From Microbacteriaceae bacterium (GTDB lineage: Bacteria > Actinomycetota > Actinomycetes > Actinomycetales > Microbacteriaceae): 64,000 nucleotides of DNA. This document shows positions 56,628-64,000 of this stretch, piece by piece. Position numbers and translations under genes: made by a program. How positions within the stretch are numbered: position 1 is the first letter of the stretch; each line of letters opens with the position of its first letter. The notes under the pieces are model-generated. The model was not told the DNA's origin. It did not search any database and saw only the letters and a list, made by a program, of their open reading frames with translations. The stretch covers positions 8,952 to 72,951 of the forward strand of contig JACMPQ010000003.1 in NCBI GenBank assembly GCA_014377425.1, given 5' to 3'.

Positions 56628-57806
56628 TCAAGCGAACGGTAAAAGAGCAGGGATGGGTCTCGGAGAAAGTGATGCTGCCATCCAGTTATCTAGTCTTTCA
56701 ATAAACGCAAGGTCGCCGAATTGAGTTCTCGCGGCTTGCACGGCGTGGGTCATGTCTAGGCCAATAGCCGCCTCAATCGCTCGTGCTAGGTCGGAGGGTG
56801 ACGCAAAGTCGACGACTACTCCTCCGCGCAGGATGCCCACACTTTCACTTGCTCCACCCTCCGTAGTCACGAGTGCTGGTGTTCCCAAACTCATTGCCTC
56901 AACCGGCATAATGCCGAAATCTTCGACTGCCGGAAAAACGAATAGTGCCGCAGCTTCGTAAAGCGCGTATAAGAGGTTGTCTGACGGCCGATTCACTATA
57001 TGGACCGCTATAGACGCAATCTTTGCAGCGTTGGTGAGCTGCGCCAACAAGGGCCCAGACCCCGCGATCACCACGGGTATCCGCGCTATCTCCCCGGTTT
57101 GGATCGCCGCTTCCAGTCGCTTATAGGCCACAAAACGAGAGGCAGAAAAAATAAATGTTTCTGGCAGACCGCTAAGAATAGCTTCGTCTTCGCCCGATAA
57201 TCGATCCCTCCAGGGACCGCCAGATTGCAACTTCTCCACATGGACCGGGGGATAAATTACTGTTGCATCTTGATTCCACGAAGATCGAATACGCGTCCTG
57301 ATGAATTCGCTGTTGGCAGCAAACTGTGGTCCCTCACTGGCACGACGACGATCGAGCTGCTTCAGTGCTGGGCTAAGGAATCTTGCGGCTGCTGACTGAC
57401 CACGTTCATCGTGATCCGCGGCCCAGACATAGCGGGCTGGCGTGTGAACATACACAAAAATCTCTGATTGTGACCGCGAACTCCGAGATCCAATGTGGTG
57501 CGCGAAAGCGTGCGAGCTCACCAAGGTCCAGTCATAAGATGATATATCTACCGAACGCCAGGTGCTGGGCATCAGAGGCAAGGCTAGGAGTTTGCGAGAC
57601 CGTAGCGGTGTCTTCGAAAGCCAGGATTCGCGAACTCGCGCTCCAGGAAATCTTGCCGGACTATCGTTCCAGAGACAGAAGATATCTGCATCGGAGTGGT
57701 GCTTTGTCATTACTTCGAGAACATTCTCCGAACCTCCGATTGACGCTATCCACTCGTGTGCGATGAGCCCGACCACTAGGGACCCGTCAGATCGAAGCAC
57801 GTCCAC
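56628..57806 (-). CDS. Glycosyltransferase family 4
   Basis: VEDFGIMPVEAMSLGTPALV (EX7E). Confidence 0.85.
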   Translation of the reverse strand: MDVLRSDGSLVVGLIAHEWIASIGGSENVLEVMTKHHSDADIFCLWNDSPARFPGARVRESWLSKTPLRSRKLLALPLMPSTWRSVDISSYDWTLVSSHAFAHHIGSRSSRSQSEIFVYVHTPARYVWAADHDERGQSAAARFLSPALKQLDRRRASEGPQFAANSEFIRTRIRSSWNQDATVIYPPVHVEKLQSGGPWRDRLSGEDEAILSGLPETFIFSASRFVAYKRLEAAIQTGEIARIPVVIAGSGPLLAQLTNAAKIASIAVHIVNRPSDNLLYALYEAAALFVFPAVEDFGIMPVEAMSLGTPALVTTEGGASESVGILRGGVVVDFASPSDLARAIEAAIGLDMTHAVQAARTQFGDLAFIERLDNWMAASLSPRPIPALLPFA

Positions 57807-57858
57807 ATAAAGGCGTTAAGGATTCCGGTGGAGAAAGAATGCAACACGTTCGTATTCA

Positions 57859-59307
57859 TTAGGAATCGCCGGCATCGGACAACGCAGAGACACGGTTGCG
57901 CTTTGACCTGCGGGATTCCCTTTCGTCAGTTGGATCTGATCCGTAGCGGCCGTAGCTGTGTCCATAGCCATAGCCATAGCCATACGCGCCAGATTTAGTG
58001 GGCGGCACCATCGTGAGGACAACCCCTGAGACTGTCGCCCCCACGTTCGATAGCGTCGTTATCGCGCTCTTAAGCTGCCCTTTGTGGGTTCGTCCAACCG
58101 CCACGGCGATGATCACACCCCCGACACTCTTAGCGAGAATCGCCGCATCAGTGACGGGCAACAGGGGTGGTGCATCGAAGAGCACGATATCAAACTGGCT
58201 ATTTAGGTTTGCAATCAGATCATGCATCGCAGCCGATCCGAGAAGTTCGCTTGGGTTCGGCGGGACGTGCCCTGCCGGCAAGACAAACAGTTGATTGCGT
58301 CCCCACGGCTGGATCGCATCTACCAGAGCCACCCGACCGATTAACACGTCGGTCAAACCGACGGAACCCTCAATGTCCATGTACTGCGCCACAGTCGAGA
58401 GCCGAAGATCGCCGTCGACTAAAAGAACCCGGGCTCCGGAATCAGACATAGCGATGGCGAGATTCGCCGTCGTTGTGCTCTTTCCCTCGGTCTCAATAGA
58501 TGAAGTAACAAGAAAACTCCGGTCTGCTCGGCCAATATCCAAATATTGGAGGTTCGTGCGGAGTATCCGAAACGACTCGGCTCGTGGGCTTGTCGGATCG
58601 ACGTGAACTACCAGAGGCCTAAGGGCGGCTTTGTCGTCAAACGCAATGCCGCCCAAAATTGGCGCAGAGGTGACGAAGCGCACATCCTGTTCATTCTTGA
58701 TCCGCGTGTCGAGAATTTCCCGAATGAGCGCGACGCCGACGCCCAATAAGAGGCCGAGGAGGGAGCCAAGCCCCATATTCAACAGGGTATTTGGAGCGAC
58801 AGGAACGGCGGCAGGGACCGCAGTTTGAGCGATTGTCAACCGCACTGGCGAAGCCGCATCGGAAGCCGCCGGAATTTCAATAGCCTGAACAACATTCTTC
58901 AGGCTGAGCGCAGCGGCATTCGCAACATCGGCTGCGAGTTGTGGGCTGGGGTTTGAAGCCACGATCGTGATCATTGACGTGTCAAGCAGGGACGACGCTG
59001 TGACCGATTTTGCAAGCTCGGCTGCGCTCTCACGCAATGATAATTGGACAATTACCGGGTCAAGAACGATTGGAGTAAGCGCGAGGTCGGAGTATGTCTT
59101 GACTCTCTGAACAGAAAAGGTATTCCCCTGGACGAGATCGACGGCACTTCCTGTCGATTGCGTAGAAACGAATACCTTTGCACTCGATTGGTAAATCGGT
59201 GTCTGAATCAAGGAGAAAGCCGTCGCCGAGACGGTTCCAGTCAACAGGAGCAGCAATACCAGAAGCCAACTCTTGCGCAAGATGGTGAGGTAGTCACGAA
59301 AATCCAT
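57859..59307 (-). CDS. Polysaccharide co-polymerase fused to a BY-kinase (Wzz domain plus tyrosine autokinase)
   Basis: Two TM helices flank a periplasmic-type domain. Walker A ETEGKSTT, Walker A' LLVDGDLR, Walker B VLFDAPPLL, and a C-terminal Tyr cluster AYGYGYGYGHSYGRY. Confidence 0.9.
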   Translation of the reverse strand: MDFRDYLTILRKSWLLVLLLLLTGTVSATAFSLIQTPIYQSSAKVFVSTQSTGSAVDLVQGNTFSVQRVKTYSDLALTPIVLDPVIVQLSLRESAAELAKSVTASSLLDTSMITIVASNPSPQLAADVANAAALSLKNVVQAIEIPAASDAASPVRLTIAQTAVPAAVPVAPNTLLNMGLGSLLGLLLGVGVALIREILDTRIKNEQDVRFVTSAPILGGIAFDDKAALRPLVVHVDPTSPRAESFRILRTNLQYLDIGRADRSFLVTSSIETEGKSTTTANLAIAMSDSGARVLLVDGDLRLSTVAQYMDIEGSVGLTDVLIGRVALVDAIQPWGRNQLFVLPAGHVPPNPSELLGSAAMHDLIANLNSQFDIVLFDAPPLLPVTDAAILAKSVGGVIIAVAVGRTHKGQLKSAITTLSNVGATVSGVVLTMVPPTKSGAYGYGYGYGHSYGRYGSDPTDERESRRSKRNRVSALSDAGDS

Positions 59308-59543
59308 TGGCTGGCCTTTGATGGTTGGGAGTGCCCCCTGCAGAGCGTGTTATCAGATCAGAATGCCACAGATTCAACCTGGCAAATTTTTACGTCACCA
59401 CCGCGTTTAACGGATTGATGCAAACTCCAAACCGTAGTGCGCCAAAACCTCCTGGTCATATCAGAATCGGTTAGGTGATCGCAGCCCACGATGTTCGAGT
59501 AACGCGTGCGTGAGTCGAGCGCGCGTGAATCGTCAATGAGCTG

Positions 59544-60896
59544 CTATCTACGATAATGATTTTCGTGCGCTCGATTGTTGGGAGATAATTCCTTCGTGAA
59601 ATTACTGCGAGACATACCAACGGCAGCCAAGATCAAGCTCATGGCTGCCGTGTACTCCCAATAGTCGACAAGGGCGAAGGCTGCAATCGTTGCCAATAAC
59701 GTTGCTCCACTGGAGAATATTCGATCGTGAGTGGACCGTCGAATAAGTGAGAATGACAGCCAAATCAGTACAACAAAGATGATCAGCGACACGACCCCGA
59801 GCTGCAAGGTCAAGTTAATAAAATAATTATCGACCACGATTCGACGTGTTGCGAATCGGCTGGCTGAAGCTGCACCAGAGTAACCAAACCCGTTTCCAAG
59901 AATTTGGAAGGAGTGTTGCGCAAACAGGTTTTGCCACAACGTCACTCTCTCACCGAGACTGTCCGTGCGGAGGAGACCGCTCAGCAGGATGTAGACGAAT
60001 AACGCAACCGAACCGACGATGAGAATGAACCGACGAATGAAGTTGGAGCGCGCGCGATCGGTAACAATCCAGATACCGATCGCAAGAAAAAATACCAGCA
60101 ATCCCGTGCGATAGGTACTTGTTATCAAGCAGGTAATCGACGCAAGAATTGCGACGACGCGAAGTCGGTTGCCCGCGCGTCCCGGTTCAAGCGTTGGCCA
60201 CCACGTGATGGCCAGTGCACCCATAATTCCGGCAAACGCTCCCAGTGCATAGTTCGTGGCGAAGAGGCCTGGCGCTCTTAACTGTCCTTCATAAGATCGA
60301 ACCGTTGTCCCATAGGCAAAACCGCGCTGAACAAGCCCGCTAATTCCAATGAGGCCTTCAAAAATCGCGGCAACGGCTGAAAGCGCGACGATGAGGGTTC
60401 CCAACCTCATCAGACGCGCTCCTGCCGCGGCAGACAATGTTGATGCGATTAGCGCGACAAAAATGGGTGTCACGAATAGTCGGACGCCTTGAATCGCCTG
60501 TAAAGGACCGATGGTGTACTGACTTACAACAGTCCCCAAAACAGTAATTATTATTGTGGCCGCAAGGATCCGCTTAGTATTTCGTGAGATCTTTGATTGT
60601 TTTGGTCTGAGCGTTCCCAGAAGTCCGACTATGGCAACGGCAAACGACGTCGTCGAAAGAATCGACACATCAATTTTTAGTGCGGTAGCCAAAAGCTCGA
60701 AACCAGAAACGGCTAGCACTGCCCAGACGGAAAATTCGGGAAACCAAAAGGCGAGAACGAGAACCATTATGGCGACTGCCCCGCTGAGGGTGAGCGTTGG
60801 GCTTACACAAGCAGATACTGCCAACCCGATTGTAATCGGCACCAGGAGAAACATCAGCGCGACGTTCGATCCGAGTGACCAGCGCACCGTTTTCAT
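59544..60896 (-). CDS. O-antigen ligase / Wzy-type polymerase family membrane protein
   Basis: 450 aa with ~11-12 TM helices and one larger loop, placed in a Wzx/GT cluster. Confidence 0.75.
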   Translation of the reverse strand: MKTVRWSLGSNVALMFLLVPITIGLAVSACVSPTLTLSGAVAIMVLVLAFWFPEFSVWAVLAVSGFELLATALKIDVSILSTTSFAVAIVGLLGTLRPKQSKISRNTKRILAATIIITVLGTVVSQYTIGPLQAIQGVRLFVTPIFVALIASTLSAAAGARLMRLGTLIVALSAVAAIFEGLIGISGLVQRGFAYGTTVRSYEGQLRAPGLFATNYALGAFAGIMGALAITWWPTLEPGRAGNRLRVVAILASITCLITSTYRTGLLVFFLAIGIWIVTDRARSNFIRRFILIVGSVALFVYILLSGLLRTDSLGERVTLWQNLFAQHSFQILGNGFGYSGAASASRFATRRIVVDNYFINLTLQLGVVSLIIFVVLIWLSFSLIRRSTHDRIFSSGATLLATIAAFALVDYWEYTAAMSLILAAVGMSRSNFTKELSPNNRAHENHYRR

Positions 60897-61113
60897 GAAT
60901 TTCCCACGGCCACAGTGTACTGAAACCAGAGCAAGAAATTATTTCCCCGAATTGCCGAGTGAGGCAGTCAACAAACTTCGGCCAATTCTGAATATTTGTC
61001 GTACCCGTGGGTACCCCATTGCCTGCACGAAAGCGTCTGATGTTGTTTGAGCCGAGACCGGTTGTCGAAAGATCGGGTTTCCTCTCCCACCCGAAGCCGG
61101 TCGTCATACTGGA

Positions 61114-62289
61114 ATGATGCGTTGGTCTAAACCATCCGGATTGAACACCACAAATCCATCGAAAAGGCTTGCCTCCCTCGACGGACTGCGCGGGATAGCC
61201 GCCGCGATCGTCCTGGTGCACCATACTCTGCTCACCTTTCCCGGTTTGGCCGGGCCCTACCGGGCGGATGGCAACGCGGTATCCGTCTGGTCGCTGGAAT
61301 GGTGGCTCACCTACACTCCCCTGCACCTTGTGTGGGCGGGCAACGAAGCGGTGTATCTGTTCTTCGTTTTGAGCGGGTTGGTGCTCACAATGTCGGTGCT
61401 GCGAAGCGGCACTAAAACCCGCGCCTTCGACTGGATCACCTACTACCCGCGGCGAATCGTGCGGCTCTACGGTCCGGTGCTGGCCGCCATCGCGATCGGC
61501 TACGGCCTGCTGTTGTTGGTACCGCGGGATGTGGTGAACGAGGTTGGCTCGTGGATGAATGACCGGCCGACTGACTATCCGCTGGCCACGGTGGTTCGTG
61601 ATGGGCTGCTGGTTTTTGGCTCTTCGGGCACGATCAGCCCGCTGTGGTCGCTGCGTTGGGAGGTGATTTTCTCGCTTGCCCTGCCGCTGTACGCGGCGTT
61701 TGCCACGACCCGGCGCTTGCCCCTGTGGGTGAAGGTCGTGGGTGCCGTGATGCTCCTGGCGATTGGGTCATATTTGGCAAACTCCTACTTCTTCTACCTC
61801 AGCATTTTTGCCGTCGGAGCTCTGCTTGCCGGGCATTGGCAGCAGGTATCCGAGATGGCAGGCCGATGGCGAGCGCGTTGGTTTTGGCCGGGTCTGTTCG
61901 GTGCCGCGGTGCTGATCACCTGCGTGCGCTGGGAACTCGGCGGGTGGGGTGTGCCCCGAGGTGCCACCGGCGCCCTCACCTGGCTGAGTGTGATCGGAAC
62001 GGCACTGCTCGTGGTGTGCGCGGCATTCTGGCCGGCTGCGCGTCGCACACTCACCACGCCGCCCCTGCTTTGGCTGGGGAAAATCTCCTTCAGCCTGTAC
62101 CTCGTACACGAACCAATCGTGATCGCCGCCCGCTTCGCCACCCAAAGCCAGTCGCCCTGGGTAGGAGTTGCCATTTCGCTACCGACCGCCGTGCTCGCAG
62201 CGGTGGTTTTTTACCACCTTGTAGAGAAACCCTGTTATCGCTTCGCAAAGAGCATCCGCCTGCGGCGCAAAAGTTTGGTGAAGCAGTAG
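61114..62289 (+). CDS. Acyltransferase family 3 (O-acyltransferase)
   Basis: LDGLRGIAAAIVLVHH at the N-terminus and 10 TM helices. Confidence 0.85.
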   Translation: MMRWSKPSGLNTTNPSKRLASLDGLRGIAAAIVLVHHTLLTFPGLAGPYRADGNAVSVWSLEWWLTYTPLHLVWAGNEAVYLFFVLSGLVLTMSVLRSGTKTRAFDWITYYPRRIVRLYGPVLAAIAIGYGLLLLVPRDVVNEVGSWMNDRPTDYPLATVVRDGLLVFGSSGTISPLWSLRWEVIFSLALPLYAAFATTRRLPLWVKVVGAVMLLAIGSYLANSYFFYLSIFAVGALLAGHWQQVSEMAGRWRARWFWPGLFGAAVLITCVRWELGGWGVPRGATGALTWLSVIGTALLVVCAAFWPAARRTLTTPPLLWLGKISFSLYLVHEPIVIAARFATQSQSPWVGVAISLPTAVLAAVVFYHLVEKPCYRFAKSIRLRRKSLVKQ

Positions 62290-62298
62290 AGCTCAGCC

Positions 62299-64000
62299 TT
62301 AGCCGACTTTCAGCGGCTCGCCCTCGCTCACCACCTCGGCACCGAAGATGGCAACCAGTAGTGCCCGCGTCCACTCGATCAACGCGGCGTCGCTGTAGGG
62401 TTCGCCGTTGAGTTTGGGCATCGGCACCGTGACCGTCTTGGTCGGGGCGTAAAAGCGGGAACCCGGATACATCCGTTGCAACCGCACCTGCACCGAATCG
62501 GCCAAATCCGCCGCGGCGATGCGCAGGTTGCCGCCCGCCGACACCACCTCGCTGAGGCCCGCCTTCTGCGCCATGCGCCGCAACTTCGACACCGCAATGA
62601 GGTTGAGTACCGTGAGCGGCGGCTCACCATAACGGTCGGTGAGTTCCTCGGTGACGGCGTCGATGGCGGTGGCCGCGGATGCCGGCCCGCTCGCCGCGGA
62701 AAGCTTCTGGTACGCCTCCAGGCGCAACCGCTCGCTCTCGACGAACTCCTCCGGAATGTGGGCATCCACCGGCAGTTCGAGCCGCAACTCGGTCTGACCC
62801 TCGGCCACATCCCCGCGGAAGGTGCTCACCGCCTCCCCGATCATTCGCAGATAAAGGTCGAACCCGACCCCGGCGATGTGCCCGGACTGCTCACCGCCGA
62901 GCAGGTTGCCCGCGCCACGAATTTCGAGGTCTTTGAGCGCGATCTGCATGCCCGCACCGAGCTCGTTGTTAGCGGCGATGGTTGCCAGGCGGTCGTGGGC
63001 GGTCTCGCCCAGTGGCTTTTCGGCGTCATATAGGAAATACGCGTAGGCGCGCTCGCGCCCGCGACCCACCCGACCGCGCAACTGGTGCAGCTGGCTGAGG
63101 CCGTACTTATCGGCTTTGTCGATGATGAGGGTGTTGGCGTTGGCGATGTCGAGCCCGGTCTCGATGATGGTGGTGCTCACCAGAACGTCGTATTTGCGCT
63201 CCCAGAAGTCCACCATCACCTGTTCGAGCGTGTGCTCGGGCATTTGACCGTGCGCCACCGCGATGCGCGCCTCGGGAACCAGCTCGGCGATCTGCGCCGC
63301 CACCCGGTTGATGCTCGACACCCGGTTGTGCACGAAAAAGATCTGCCCCTCGCGCAACAGCTCCCGCCGGATCGCGGCGCTGATCTGCCGTTCGCTGTAG
63401 GGGCCCACAAAGGTAAGAATCGGATGCCGGTCCTCGGGTGGCGTGGCCAGCGTCGACATTTCGCGGATCCCGGTGACCGCCATCTCCAGCGTTCGCGGGA
63501 TGGGGGTGGCCGACATCGCCAGAATGTCTACGTTGGTTTTGAGCTTCTTCAACGCGTCTTTGTGTTCTACCCCGAAGCGCTGCTCCTCGTCGATGATCAC
63601 GAGACCCAAGTCTTTAATCACGATGCCCTTGGAGAGCAGGCGGTGGGTGCCGATGACCACGTCCACCGTGCCATCCGCCAATCCGTCGATGGCTTCCTTG
63701 GACTCCTTCTCGCTCTGGAACCGGCTGAGGGCGCGCAGGTGCACGGGGAATCCGGCGAAGCGCTCAGCGAAGGTTTCCATGTGCTGGCGCACCAACAGGG
63801 TGGTCGGCACGAGCATGATCACCTGTTTGCCGTCTTGCACCGCCTTGAACGCGGCACGGATCGCAATCTCGGTCTTGCCGTATCCCACGTCTCCCGAAAT
63901 AAGCCGGTCCATGGGGATCGGCCGCTCCATGTCGGCCTTCACCTCGTCGATGGTGGTGAGCTGGTCGGGGGTTTCCGCAAACGGAAACGCCTCCTCGAGC
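62299..64000 (-). CDS. mfd: Transcription-repair coupling factor Mfd (C-terminal ~565 aa; continues beyond the window)
   Basis: [30 protein letters not shown], superfamily-2 helicase motifs and the TRCF C-terminal domain. The frame is open to nt 64000. Confidence 0.95.
   Translation of the reverse strand, partial: LEEAFPFAETPDQLTTIDEVKADMERPIPMDRLISGDVGYGKTEIAIRAAFKAVQDGKQVIMLVPTTLLVRQHMETFAERFAGFPVHLRALSRFQSEKESKEAIDGLADGTVDVVIGTHRLLSKGIVIKDLGLVIIDEEQRFGVEHKDALKKLKTNVDILAMSATPIPRTLEMAVTGIREMSTLATPPEDRHPILTFVGPYSERQISAAIRRELLREGQIFFVHNRVSSINRVAAQIAELVPEARIAVAHGQMPEHTLEQVMVDFWERKYDVLVSTTIIETGLDIANANTLIIDKADKYGLSQLHQLRGRVGRGRERAYAYFLYDAEKPLGETAHDRLATIAANNELGAGMQIALKDLEIRGAGNLLGGEQSGHIAGVGFDLYLRMIGEAVSTFRGDVAEGQTELRLELPVDAHIPEEFVESERLRLEAYQKLSAASGPASAATAIDAVTEELTDRYGEPPLTVLNLIAVSKLRRMAQKAGLSEVVSAGGNLRIAAADLADSVQVRLQRMYPGSRFYAPTKTVTVPMPKLNGEPYSDAALIEWTRALLVAIFGAEVVSEGEPLKVG

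Noticed and set aside
61001-61014. Palindrome GTACCC-GT-GGGTAC in the divergent Wzy/acyltransferase promoter region as an operator.
   Set aside because: The 6-bp arms alone are too short to separate from chance, and no regulator gene is nearby. It is noted only as a possibility.
49106-61113. Prophage, integrative element or IS-mediated island.
   Set aside because: There are no integrase, transposase, phage or conjugation genes. I saw no flanking direct repeats or tRNA-fragment att sites by eye. The gene content is purely polysaccharide biosynthesis, so homologous cassette replacement is more likely.

Overview
High-GC actinobacterial chromosome segment, probably Micrococcales/Microbacteriaceae-like; that placement is inferred from gene order and the mycothiol gene mca. 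Most of the window is conserved housekeeping synteny: rmuC, glpX, fbaA, ispH, xseAB, a beta-carbonic anhydrase, fumC, PIN-PhoH2, uppS, mca, greA, ilvA, an ABC importer, an AlkZ/YcaQ-like glycosylase, htpX-lemA, ndh, eno-ftsB-DUF501, mazG and mfd. No rRNA, CRISPR array, integrase or transposase is visible. There is one tRNA at 32948..33021 (minus strand), and it is structurally odd. Two accessory insertions break the conserved mfd-mazG-eno block. (1) A histidyl-tRNA-synthetase gene plus an ABC module with two paralogous permeases sits between eno and mazG (38.3-42.6 kb). (2) An ~19 kb cell-surface and exopolysaccharide locus sits between mazG and mfd (43.5-62.3 kb). The centre of that locus (~49.1-61.1 kb) is visibly AT-richer and encodes a complete Wzx/Wzy-dependent polysaccharide pathway. 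Other points worth a second look are a GH1 glycosidase homologue with the catalytic nucleophile motif ITENG replaced by ITSVG, a G12 homopolymer in a promoter region, several phased 15-22 bp tandem repeat arrays at gene boundaries, and many in-frame short tandem repeats inside proteins. I did not find a clear multi-gene novel system such as a defence island. The candidates below are ranked honestly and all need computation to confirm.
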